Source: an uncultured bacterium (GTDB taxonomy: Bacteria > Oederibacteriota > PGYV01 > CAWJRG01). Taken from it: 64,000 nucleotides of DNA. Numbering within the stretch: the stretch's first letter is position 1; every line of letters begins with the position of its first letter. The notes under the pieces are model-generated. The model was given only the letters and a program-made list of their open reading frames with translations. It made no database searches and was not told the DNA's origin. Shown in pieces: positions 49,428 to 58,550 of this stretch. Where the stretch lies: the NCBI GenBank assembly GCA_963845185.1, contig CAWJRG010000010.1, positions 160,001-224,000 of the forward strand. The letters run 5' to 3'. Made by a program: the position numbers and the translations under genes.

Positions 49428-52400
49428 TCACTTCAATATTATCAGCTTATCCGCCTGTGACATTTGTGTTTTCCCGTTATTGTCTGTTATGATTACATAA
49501 TAATAAGTCCCGCTGCTTAAACCCTGAATCTGTGTCGCGTCGCACCTTACATAACCCTGCATGATAATCTGCTGCAATTGGGCTTCCTCAAAAACATACT
49601 GCTTCACCAGCCTGTAAGATACTGTATATATTTTTACAGTTACCCTGTCAATCCCCTGAGTAAAATTATAACTTATCGTTAAATACGGTATTTTCCCCGG
49701 ATTTATCGGATTCGGATACGGCTTAGGCTTTGTCTGCGGCGGTGTTGCAGTTGCAGTTAACGTAGCACTTACCACGGTCCACGTAGCACTCGCCGTAGCC
49801 GTGCTTGTTGCGCTTGGTATTTGCGGGGTCTGGCTGTTTGTAAAAGTTGCGGTCATTGCCGGGCTTAATGTCAACGTTGCCGTTATGGTCATTGTACCTG
49901 TTACGGTTAAACTGAAAGTCGGGGATAATGTATTTGTTGCCGTGCCTGTAAACGAAACAGTCACGGTTTGCGTGGGGCTTTCACTCATCGTCAATGTAGG
50001 TGAAGCCGTAAAACTCGGTGTCACCGAACTTGTGGCTGTTGCTGTAAGCGTGATTGTCAGCGTTGGCGTTATTGTCCAGGACAGGATTATATTTGTCGGA
50101 GACATGGTTATTGTATATGTCGGCGTGGCTGACACAATTGGTGTATCGGTTTCTGTTGTTGTGCCTGTTGCAGTCAGCGTGGGCGTCACGCTGTAAGTCA
50201 ATGTCACTGTCGCGGTATCTGAAGGAGTCGTTGTAAATGTCATTGAAGGAGAAGGCGTATAAGTCAGTGTCGCTGTGCTTGTAGCCGTAGCTGTCTGCGT
50301 GCAGCTGAAAGTGATTGTGCGTGTAGGTGTATTTGTTCCCGTTGCCGTAAATGTCGGCGTATTAGTCGCGGACAGTATTACAACAGTGAATGTCATTGTT
50401 ATTGTATAAGTTGGCGTTTGGCTTGCCGTCAAAGTCCATGTTGCCGTGGCTGTGGCAGTCGCGGACGGGCTCGCTGTAAACGTCGGCGTAACAGTCGCTG
50501 TATATGTCAATGTAATGCTGAAAGTCGGGGATGCTGAATTGGTTGCCGTGCCCGTAAATGTGGCAGTAGCTGTCTTCGTCGGGCTCGCGCTCGGCGTCCA
50601 CGTAGGAGTCGCCGTAGGCGTATCTGTAGTTGTTGCCGAAGGAGACCATGTCGGCGTATTTGTACCCGTGACAGTGAAGCTCGGCGTATTTGACCATGTT
50701 GGCGTGGCTGTCGGCGTAATTGTATGCGTGGGCGTTATTGTCCATGACAGGACTATATTCGTCGGAGTCATGGTTATTGTATATGTAGGCGTGGCTGACA
50801 CGATTGGCGTATAGGTTTCTGTTGTTGTGGCTGTTGCAGTCAGCGTGGGTGTCGCGCTGTAGGTCAATGTTGACGTCAAGGTCGGGCTTGCAGTCATTGT
50901 ATTTGTCCGCGTTATCGTGCTTGTCGGCGTCGGCGAGTATGAAGGCGTAGAAGTAACGGTGCAGGTAAAAGTCAGCGTTATTGTAAGTGTTTTTGTCCCT
51001 GTTGCTGTAACTGTCAAGCTTGGAGTCGCGCTCGGCGTGGCGCTGCTTGTCCCTGTCAGGGTCAATGTTGCGGTAGAGCTTACGCTTGGCGTCCATGTCG
51101 GTGTATTTGTCCTCGTAGCCGTAATTGTAGGCGTGGTCGTCCCGCTTATTGTCAGTGTTTGTGTCGCTGTAACTGTTGCGCTTGGCGTGGCGCTGCTTGT
51201 CCCTGTCAGGGTCAATGTTGCAGTAGGGCTTGCGCTTGGCGTCCACGTCGGCGTATTTGTCCTCGTAGCCGTAATTGTAGGCGTGATTGTCCCGCTTATC
51301 GTCAATGTCTGTGTCAGTGTCTGGGAATTTGTCGCTGACGGTGTAGCTGTCAGTGTCCATGTCAGTGTATTTGTCCTCGTTGCCGTAATTGTCGGCGTGG
51401 TCGTGCCGCTTATCGTTAGTGTTGGACTCGTCGTCTGCGAATTTGTCGCGGTAATTGTCTCCGAAGGAGTAGCCGTAGCCGAAGGCGAAGGAGACCTTGT
51501 CCCTGTCGCTGTTCCTGTCATGCTCGGTGTAGCAGTCATAGTAGGGCTGCTTGTCCTTGTCACAGTCGCAGTTTGTGTGTAGCTTGCTGTTAAAGTCCTT
51601 GTAGCTGTGTTTGTGATTGTCGGCGTATTTGTCGGTGTCGGCAGTAACGGCAATATCTGTATCGCGTTTATCAGGCCGTTATTCACTGACGCGGACCATG
51701 TCATTATAAGCTGCGCCGATGTGACGCTGGCCGTGAAAGTCACGTCAAACGCGTAATCCGAGCCTACTTTCGCGTAAATATCAAGGTTGTTTACTACTGT
51801 CACGCCCTGCGCAGTCACGCTGAAAATCCTCGAGCCCGACGATGTAAAATATGTCTCTGCGAACTTCAACGTAACCTGGTATGTGCCGTTTGGTATGTCA
51901 AATTCATAGGAAAAAGCTCCGTTCCTTTCGGTTTGGTATAAAGTCGGGTCAGTTGTTCCGCCTATTGCAATAGCTCCCCTGTTTGCCGTTGCGCCGGCTG
52001 TATATCCCCAGCCGCCCGTGGTATAAGCCTGGTCAGCGTTCCATGTATTTCCTGCAGCGTCAACATAAGCCGGCCCGCCGCAATTCACCCTTATGGCTGT
52101 GATTGCCGGGGTTGGTGTTATGGTAACGGTTGGCGTTATAGTCGGGCTTTGCGTCGCGCTTAAAACCGGCGATATTGTGCTTGTCAGCGTAATTGTACGG
52201 GATGGCGTGGCTGAAACAACCGGGGTTATTGTCGGCGAATATACAGATACCTTTGTCCGCGTGGCAGTAACCGTGCTTGTCATGGTATATGCAGGCAGGG
52301 CTCCGGTGAACCATATGTCGTCGAAATATATTGTTTTTGTACCGGGGTTGTCAAACTGGAACCCCACGCTCTGTATAGCCTTCAAATCAAATGTGTTATT

Positions 52401-54239
52401 GCCCATTACAGGGCTGTACTGGTCGCGCGTAAACGCGCTTAAATTTATTACTATATTCTGCCACCCTCCGGTGGTTGTTATCGGGTTTGGCCTGTCGGAC
52501 CATGTCTCGCCGTCAGCTCCGTTTGCCGTTGCTTCAACTATTTCTATGAAAAACGAAGTGCCAGCGGGCGCGTTTATCCAGAAACTAAGTGCGGTCGCGC
52601 CTGTATAATTCCTCCAGTCCTGCGGCCCCGAGTAAGGCGAGTCAATGTAAAACAATGACCAGCCCGTGCCTGTTGTGGATACCTGCATATCCCTTGCTCC
52701 GGCATGCGGCGTGACATTTGTGTTTGTCACTGCCACAGTCGAGCCTCCTCCGGGATTTGTTAGTGGGTTTCTTAGTGCCCCTGTCTCAAAGTCGTCGAAT
52801 ATACCTGGTGGGGGCGTATTTGTCGGTGTCGGCGACGGCCCGTATGTAACCGTACTTGTTACAGTTGGCGTTGGATAGTTTCCTAAAGGGTTTGGTTCGT
52901 TGCCGGAGAGTATGAGCAGGTACTGCATTTTTAAAATATCGCAGAAATAATCCGTACCCCAGTCAACTCCTGTTTCAGTCAACTGGCCCGAGCCTGTGCC
53001 CGCGTTCATGGTAACAAGTACATAATAGCAGTTATTGAGCCATGTCTGGTCTCCCTCGACCATGGCGGCAATCGCGACCGCTCCCTCCGGCCCCGGCAGG
53101 TTCATGGCGTCCTCGACCCCCAGGTCCGGAGTCCTGTCGCCCCGGTTATATGTCTTTGCCGTGCCGTCAAGCGTGTAATGTGAAAGTATTTGCGAGGCGT
53201 CGCCGTTGTATTTTGTCTGAAAAAAAGTCGAAACCCTTACGTTATTATCGTATGCAAGCTGGCCGTTTAGCGTGCCGTACAGCAGGTAATCGTAGCTTTG
53301 TCTCCACGCGTGGCGTATCGCATCCCACCACCATGTGCTGGGATCCATTGACCATGCGCCCGGGTTATTCGGGGTGCCGTCATAATTGCACCAGTTCGGC
53401 ATAAGCCCTGTGTTCATATTGAGCGCGGAATTAAGCGTGGAACTCATGCCGCCGCCGGCAAAATAATAGTTCACTATTGTCTGGTAAGTATGGGACGCTA
53501 CAGAATACCATGTAGTGGTGCCCGTGTAATCCCCGAACATCCTGTATTCGTACGGCGCGAAATACGATATATTGGCCGCATCCCAGCCGTCGCCCGGCCT
53601 GATGTCGTATGTGGCGTTGATTTCGTTCGAAAGTATCCTGCCTATAATGGCAGTTGCTTCAGTCTTGTAGTTAATCGCGCCCGCAGAGCCCCATTGCTTG
53701 TCTGCCGCCACAAGCGCAAAAGCTACGTCTTCATCCGCGTCTGTCGCTGAGCCGCCGCTTGTACAGTAAGGCTCCTGCCAGTTCATCAGCCCGTTTCCGT
53801 CTTCATGGTCCTTGTAGTATGTGTACAAACCGTCAAAATATGTTTCTGTATTGTTTGTAGCGGATGACATGAAAACCATTATCACCATGGCGTAACCTAT
53901 CCCCTCGCTGACAGTGTCGTTTTCCGCCGGAGCCGTGGCGAACCCGGAGCACCCGTTTGTAATGTAATTGCCCGTCTCGGTCCTTTGCAGGCGCCACTCG
54001 CTTCCCGTGCAGTTATTCTGCGTTACATATTTCGCCTTCCACAAATTAAACCAGTTCAGGCAGAACTGGTTCATCTGCGCGTTTGTATAATTATTCGGCT
54101 TTATGCCGTAAGGGTAGTTTGTGTTCTGCGGAAAAGGAAAATTGCATGTATCTGCATATGCAGCAGGAATCAGGGTTATCATGATAAATAACAATATGCT
54201 GTATCGTAAAACTTTTAATTTTGCAGGGCTAAACTTCAT
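49428..54239 (-). CDS. Secreted GH8 glycoside hydrolase + CBM11-like + malectin domain + very long Thr-rich tract + CTD
   Basis: TVSEGIGYAM, GLM.W and SATDADED.A.AL..A.KQW (GH8); FDDFE...LSFW...W..I.I.L..F...YFDD (CBM11-like); RVNCGG...D..G..W.AD...LYQTER...VTLKFAE...RIF (malectin). Confidence 0.9.
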   Translation of the reverse strand: MKFSPAKLKVLRYSILLFIMITLIPAAYADTCNFPFPQNTNYPYGIKPNNYTNAQMNQFCLNWFNLWKAKYVTQNNCTGSEWRLQRTETGNYITNGCSGFATAPAENDTVSEGIGYAMVIMVFMSSATNNTETYFDGLYTYYKDHEDGNGLMNWQEPYCTSGGSATDADEDVAFALVAADKQWGSAGAINYKTEATAIIGRILSNEINATYDIRPGDGWDAANISYFAPYEYRMFGDYTGTTTWYSVASHTYQTIVNYYFAGGGMSSTLNSALNMNTGLMPNWCNYDGTPNNPGAWSMDPSTWWWDAIRHAWRQSYDYLLYGTLNGQLAYDNNVRVSTFFQTKYNGDASQILSHYTLDGTAKTYNRGDRTPDLGVEDAMNLPGPEGAVAIAAMVEGDQTWLNNCYYVLVTMNAGTGSGQLTETGVDWGTDYFCDILKMQYLLILSGNEPNPLGNYPTPTVTSTVTYGPSPTPTNTPPPGIFDDFETGALRNPLTNPGGGSTVAVTNTNVTPHAGARDMQVSTTGTGWSLFYIDSPYSGPQDWRNYTGATALSFWINAPAGTSFFIEIVEATANGADGETWSDRPNPITTTGGWQNIVINLSAFTRDQYSPVMGNNTFDLKAIQSVGFQFDNPGTKTIYFDDIWFTGALPAYTMTSTVTATRTKVSVYSPTITPVVSATPSRTITLTSTISPVLSATQSPTITPTVTITPTPAITAIRVNCGGPAYVDAAGNTWNADQAYTTGGWGYTAGATANRGAIAIGGTTDPTLYQTERNGAFSYEFDIPNGTYQVTLKFAETYFTSSGSRIFSVTAQGVTVVNNLDIYAKVGSDYAFDVTFTASVTSAQLIMTWSASVNNGLINAIQILPLLPTPTNTPTITNTATRTLTASYTQTATVTRTSSPTMTATPSMTGTATGTRSPSPSATATPSETITATNSQTTSPTLTISGTTTPTITATRTNTLTWTLTATPSATNSQTLTQTLTISGTITPTITATRTNTPTWTPSASPTATLTLTGTSSATPSATVTATQTLTISGTTTPTITATRTNTPTWTPSVSSTATLTLTGTSSATPSATPSLTVTATGTKTLTITLTFTCTVTSTPSYSPTPTSTITRTNTMTASPTLTSTLTYSATPTLTATATTTETYTPIVSATPTYTITMTPTNIVLSWTITPTHTITPTATPTWSNTPSFTVTGTNTPTWSPSATTTDTPTATPTWTPSASPTKTATATFTGTATNSASPTFSITLTYTATVTPTFTASPSATATATATWTLTASQTPTYTITMTFTVVILSATNTPTFTATGTNTPTRTITFSCTQTATATSTATLTYTPSPSMTFTTTPSDTATVTLTYSVTPTLTATGTTTETDTPIVSATPTYTITMSPTNIILSWTITPTLTITLTATATSSVTPSFTASPTLTMSESPTQTVTVSFTGTATNTLSPTFSLTVTGTMTITATLTLSPAMTATFTNSQTPQIPSATSTATASATWTVVSATLTATATPPQTKPKPYPNPINPGKIPYLTISYNFTQGIDRVTVKIYTVSYRLVKQYVFEEAQLQQIIMQGYVRCDATQIQGLSSGTYYYVIITDNNGKTQMSQADKLIILK
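51033..51420. repeat. Intragenic tandem DNA repeats in the Thr tract
   Basis: GGCGTGGCGCTGCTTGTCCCTGTCAGGGTCAATGTTGC occurs twice and GTATTTGTCCTCGT(A/T)GCCGTAATTGT three times. Confidence 0.8.
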
Positions 54240-54381
54240 TTTTTTTTCCTTTAAATGAGTGTGTTAACCGGTTAAATCAGTAGTAATTATACCCTAATTT
54301 GCTGCAGATTTCAATATGATAGGTGTTTTCGGTGCTATATAAAAAAGTGTGTGATTTTAAATTATTATCTAAAAGGAATTT

Positions 54382-54475
54382 TCCCTCTCCCTTGACGGGA
54401 GAGGGTAGGGTGAGGGTGGAGATTTTATAGTTTCTCCGCCCCCTCACTCTGACTCTCTCCCGCAAGGGGAGAGAG
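54382..54475. repeat. Inverted doublet of REP-like palindromes (REPIN-like)
   Basis: TCCCTCTCCCTTGACGGGAGAGGGTAGGGTGAGGG, a short spacer, then CCCTCACTCTGACTCTCTCCCGCAAGGGGAGAGAG. Bracketed by GTGTGTGATTTTAA / TTAAAATTACACAC. Confidence 0.85.
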
Positions 54476-54583
54476 ATTATTTGTTTTTAAAATTACACAC
54501 AAATACAGCAATTACGATGTTTTTCCAGCCCTTTTTAGTCCTTCCACTCCCCCCTTACCCCTTACCACTTCCCCCTGTTATTC

Positions 54584-55372
54584 CTATCTCGCCCGTTTCA
54601 GCAATGTCTTCAGCAAATGGATTTTTCCCATGCCAAGCTTTTCCATTACTTTTACTTCGGTCATGAAAACGTACATGGATGAAATTACATGGTAAGCAAA
54701 CCCCTGCCAGCCGTCCAGGAACCCGAGCTTGAAAATATAGTGTTTTAAAAAATAAAGCTTCGGCTTTATCAGCGCCGAATAGCCTGTCGGGAAATAGCCC
54801 TTTTCAAAAAGCCTTTTTGCCTCAAGCTCAGTGTATTTGTTTATGAACTCTATATGCTCGTGGATGCTGTCTTTCGTATAGTGGATTACAGGGTTTTTCA
54901 GGATTCCAGTATCGCCTTTTACGTTCACGCACTCGTGCACTTCTGTTTCGTCATATTTCCCTGCCTGCTTTTTGAAAAGCCTGAGCTGGTGGTCAGGGTA
55001 TATCCCTCCGAAACGCAGCCACCTGCCGTAATACATGTTTTTCCTGGCAATAAAAAACCCGTTCTTGCCATCGCCTGATTCCGGGATTTTTTTTATCTCG
55101 TCTGCCAGTTCATCGGTCATTATTTCGTCAGCGTCAAGGCTCAAAACCCATTCATTTTTGGCTTTCGCTATGCCGAAATTCTTCTGCCTGGCGTAGGTGT
55201 CCCATTCCCTGGAAAATACCTTTGCGCCGTATTGCTTTGCTATTTTTATGGTATCGTCCGTGCTGCCGCTGTCTATGACGATAATCTCGTCCAGCCATTG
55301 CAGGCAGTAAAGGCACCTTGCAATTATTTTTTCCTCGTCTTTTGTTATTATGACCGCCGATATTTTTTGCAT
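54584..55372 (-). CDS. Glycosyltransferase family 2 (WaaE/KdtX-like)
   Basis: ISAVII..DEE, DSGSTD.T, WVLSLDADE, YPD..LRLF, VHE and GFLDG..G motifs. Confidence 0.9.
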   Translation of the reverse strand: MQKISAVIITKDEEKIIARCLYCLQWLDEIIVIDSGSTDDTIKIAKQYGAKVFSREWDTYARQKNFGIAKAKNEWVLSLDADEIMTDELADEIKKIPESGDGKNGFFIARKNMYYGRWLRFGGIYPDHQLRLFKKQAGKYDETEVHECVNVKGDTGILKNPVIHYTKDSIHEHIEFINKYTELEAKRLFEKGYFPTGYSALIKPKLYFLKHYIFKLGFLDGWQGFAYHVISSMYVFMTEVKVMEKLGMGKIHLLKTLLKRAR

Positions 55373-55381
55373 ATTGCTCCT

Positions 55382-55771
55382 TCAAACTTTTATCACTTTA
55401 CTACCCTCTCCCTCTTTGGGCGGGAGAGGGCCGGGGTGAGGGTTTATATTTTGCCTTATAACCTCAAGAACTCCTTCTATGTTTCCAAGAACATCATTAT
55501 TCCAGAATCTGAGTACCTTGAATTTTTGTTCTTTCAAATATTTATCTCTTATTTTATCTTTTTTTCTATTTATAGAATGTTGCCCGCCGTCAAGTTCAAT
55601 TATTAATCCTTTTTCAAAACAAATAAAATCGACTATATATTTATCAATGGGCTGTTGCCTTTTGAATTTTATTCCAAAAAATCTTTTGCCCCGTAATTGC
55701 AACCACAGCGCTTTTTCAGTATTTGTTTGATTTTTTCTTAAATTTCTTGCTAGTGTTACAATTTTTTTCAT
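55382..55771 (-). CDS. DUF559 (Vsr-like, PD-(D/E)xK) endonuclease domain protein flanked by REP-like repeats
   Basis: ARNLRKNQT..E..LW..LR, KFKRQQPI..YIVDF.C, IELDGGQH, RD.YL and VLRFWN motifs. The C-terminal PHPGPLP is translated REP sequence. Confidence 0.9.
   Translation of the reverse strand: MKKIVTLARNLRKNQTNTEKALWLQLRGKRFFGIKFKRQQPIDKYIVDFICFEKGLIIELDGGQHSINRKKDKIRDKYLKEQKFKVLRFWNNDVLGNIEGVLEVIRQNINPHPGPLPPKEGEGSKVIKV
55404..55442 (-). repeat. REP-like palindrome overlapping the 3' end of DUF559
   Basis: CCCTCTCCC...GGGAGAGGGCCGGGGTGAGGG. Confidence 0.85.
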
Positions 55772-55781
55772 AAGTTACTTG

Positions 55782-55886
55782 CCCCACCCTCTCTCTGGCT
55801 TTCCCCCGTCAAGGGGGAGAGAATTCTTTATATTTGTTTTCATACTTCCCTCTCCTTCTTTTTGCGGGTGAGGGCCAAGGTGAGGG
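55782..55886. repeat. Two degenerate REP-like palindromes upstream of DUF559
   Basis: CCCCACCCTC...TTCCCCCGTCAAGGGGGAGAG and TCCCTCTCC...GGGTGAGGGCCAAGGTGAGGG. Confidence 0.75.
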
Positions 55887-55887
55887 T

Positions 55888-58482
55888 TTACTTATTCCTG
55901 AGCACGATGAAACTGCCTATTTTCCTGTGCACGACGTTATTCATATCCGTTGCCTCTATGACGTAATAATAAGTCCCGCTCGCCAGGGTTGTTGTCGCAG
56001 ATAAAACATCAGTGCCTGCCTGCGTGTGGATGTCCGGCTCGGCGTAAGTAACCTTGAAAATCAGCCTGTAAGACTGCGTGAACGCCTTTATCGTCACCTG
56101 CTCGGCATTCGCGGTCAGGTTGTAGCTGATGTTTATCACGCTGCCGTTGCTCGGGTTTGGATAAACTTTGTTGTTGGTTATCTGGAACGTTGTAGGCGTC
56201 GGCGTCCATAATGCCGCCGTGGCTGTCACTGTGGGCTGCAAGGTATTTGTAATGGTAAAAGTCGGCGTGACCGTGTAAGTCGCGGTTAACGACGGTGTAA
56301 TTGTCACTGTCGCGCTGTTTGTCAGGGTAGGTGTTATTGTAAGCGTCGCTGTAATCGTGTAGGTCGCGGTTATTGAAGAAGAAGGCGTTATTGTCGGGGT
56401 ATTTGTTTGGGTAAACATAATTGTCATTGTTGATGTCGGCGTAACAGATGGCGTAGGTGTCGGCCTTATATGCTGGCAAATATCCAGCCCGCCTGTGCCG
56501 TCAGCGACATAAATAGTCTGCCCGTCGCTTGTGTAAACCCCGTACGCTGTGCCCGGCAGGGCTAAAGTTGCCGCCGGCACAGTAAGAGGCGAAGCTAAAT
56601 AATATGGATCGCTCGCGTCAAAAACAGAAAGTCCTGACGTATCGCACGCAACATACGCGTAATTTGTGTTATAAATTACGCCCCTTGCAGGCCCATTTGT
56701 TGCAGCCAGGCCGTAATACCCCTGCATTGTGGTTCCGGAAACATCCGCAACCCCCAGTCCCTGTATCGCATTCGTACCTGGATATTCAGCCAGATACGCT
56801 ATATTGTTATTTACATTTACGTTATATACTGAACCATCGCCATAAGCTGAAGTTATAATATTTGTAGCCAGTGCGGGTGCTGCCGGGTTGCTTACGTCAA
56901 TAATATCCAGTCCTCCGGCACCATCCGCAATGTAAGCATAATTGCCTATAGCATTGACTTTCCGCATTACACCGCCGTCGTTTGGATACATGTTCGGCTG
57001 CAATATGGCCGCAAGCGGGTTTGTGACATCAAAAATTTCCATGCCTCCCATTGCGGCGTCATAAGCATCAACCACATATACGTAGTTGCCCTGTTTGTCA
57101 ACCCCCTGGGCAGCATCGGGCACGGCATATCCTGTGACATACGCCGGCATATAAGGATTACTCACATCCGCCACAACCAGCCCGCCTGACCCGTTGGCAA
57201 TATATGCATAATTATTTGCGGTATCAAGATATAAATCATACGCGCCCGGCATCGCGCCTGACGGCAAATCAAGGCTGCCCGCAAATAAAGGGTCAGCCGG
57301 ATTAGTTACGTCAAGCACCAATAAACCAATTGGACCGCCGGCTATGTACGCGTAATTGCCTGATTCTTTGACAGACAGCGCTGTCGTGGGATCGTATAAA
57401 TCAAAATACGAACCATCAAATACAGGCGAGTTTAAAGTTGATACGTCAATTTCCCCTACTCCTGTATAATTCTCGGATACATAAACCGTATTGTTGTTTT
57501 TCACGCAGGCGCTTGCAAGGCCGTCTGTTGGGCATGATGTAACTGAAGCCGGTAAATGGGGATTTAATGATATATCCATTATTTCCACGCCGTTGGCATC
57601 TTCGGATAAATATAAATCATTGCCGTAATTTTTCAAATCATAAACAGGCCCTAAAGCGGGAACTGATGCTATATATTCAGGCGTAGAAGCCTTCGAAACA
57701 TCAACAACTTCAACCTGGCCCTGCGCATAATTGTTTAATTCCCCGAGATAAGCCAGGTTATTTACAACGGTTATGCAGCTGATATAAAAAGTATTATCAT
57801 TCGGATAATACAGTCCTGTGTGTGTCGTAGCTGCATTCGGCGGGGATACATTGATAATCTGCATTGCTGTTTCATCGGACAAATACGCGTAATTATTGCC
57901 GTCCGAAGCGTTCCCGCTCACATATACGGCTGCCGAATAAAGCGTGGTAGGCACATCCGCCACTTCATTCGGTGCTGTCGTTGGCAGAGTTGAAATATCC
58001 GCTATTATTAAACCGGCGCTGTTGCAAGCAAGATACATATAATTTCCCGAAACAAAAATTCTATCCACATATGTCGACTGACCTGTTGTAAGGTTTATTG
58101 GGGTAAAAGTAGTTACATAGCTTACAGAAGTGGGATTGCTTATATTGTATATTTCAACTGCGTTATTATAATAGTCGGAAACATATAAATAATTCCCGCT
58201 CGCGCACAAATCATAAACAAAATCGCTGTTATTAAGAGAAAAATTATCAACAACCCTGTTCTGTCTGGCATCATTATTGGTATCAACCACAAATATTCCG
58301 TTGCCGGCTGCTGTATATAAATATCCATTCGAATCTAAGTCGCAGCTGAGATTGGGAAGTGCCTGCGATGACCCCTGGATATAATTTGTTATGTCCCATA
58401 TCCCCAGCAAATTCAGTGTATCGGCCTTAATTAAAAAACAAAAAGAAAAAATTAAAATTCCCGAAAGAATAATTTTTTTCAT
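55888..58482 (-). CDS. Secreted LVIVD-repeat protein + Thr tract + CTD
   Basis: Repeats GNYAY.A.G..GL.(I/V).DVS.P..P and the CTD KVYPNP...ASGTYYYVI...KIGSFIVLR. Confidence 0.9.
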   Translation of the reverse strand: MKKIILSGILIFSFCFLIKADTLNLLGIWDITNYIQGSSQALPNLSCDLDSNGYLYTAAGNGIFVVDTNNDARQNRVVDNFSLNNSDFVYDLCASGNYLYVSDYYNNAVEIYNISNPTSVSYVTTFTPINLTTGQSTYVDRIFVSGNYMYLACNSAGLIIADISTLPTTAPNEVADVPTTLYSAAVYVSGNASDGNNYAYLSDETAMQIINVSPPNAATTHTGLYYPNDNTFYISCITVVNNLAYLGELNNYAQGQVEVVDVSKASTPEYIASVPALGPVYDLKNYGNDLYLSEDANGVEIMDISLNPHLPASVTSCPTDGLASACVKNNNTVYVSENYTGVGEIDVSTLNSPVFDGSYFDLYDPTTALSVKESGNYAYIAGGPIGLLVLDVTNPADPLFAGSLDLPSGAMPGAYDLYLDTANNYAYIANGSGGLVVADVSNPYMPAYVTGYAVPDAAQGVDKQGNYVYVVDAYDAAMGGMEIFDVTNPLAAILQPNMYPNDGGVMRKVNAIGNYAYIADGAGGLDIIDVSNPAAPALATNIITSAYGDGSVYNVNVNNNIAYLAEYPGTNAIQGLGVADVSGTTMQGYYGLAATNGPARGVIYNTNYAYVACDTSGLSVFDASDPYYLASPLTVPAATLALPGTAYGVYTSDGQTIYVADGTGGLDICQHIRPTPTPSVTPTSTMTIMFTQTNTPTITPSSSITATYTITATLTITPTLTNSATVTITPSLTATYTVTPTFTITNTLQPTVTATAALWTPTPTTFQITNNKVYPNPSNGSVINISYNLTANAEQVTIKAFTQSYRLIFKVTYAEPDIHTQAGTDVLSATTTLASGTYYYVIEATDMNNVVHRKIGSFIVLRNK

Positions 58483-58516
58483 AATCAGCCTCTTTTCTTT
58501 AATTTGATATATATAA

Positions 58517-58545
58517 AGTATAAATTAAAACCTGTGCAATGTCAA
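58517..58545 (-). promoter_or_regulatory. Sigma70 promoter for the LVIVD gene
   Basis: TTGACA-17 nt-TATACT on the minus strand. Confidence 0.7.
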
Positions 58546-58550
58546 TAAAA

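Noticed and set aside
49801..52878. Long Val/Gly-rich plus-strand ORFs (e.g. 50917-51582) and the alternate-frame ORF 50362-51360
   Set aside because: Shadows of ACN-rich Thr codons, which lack stops in other frames. No RBS or family motifs.
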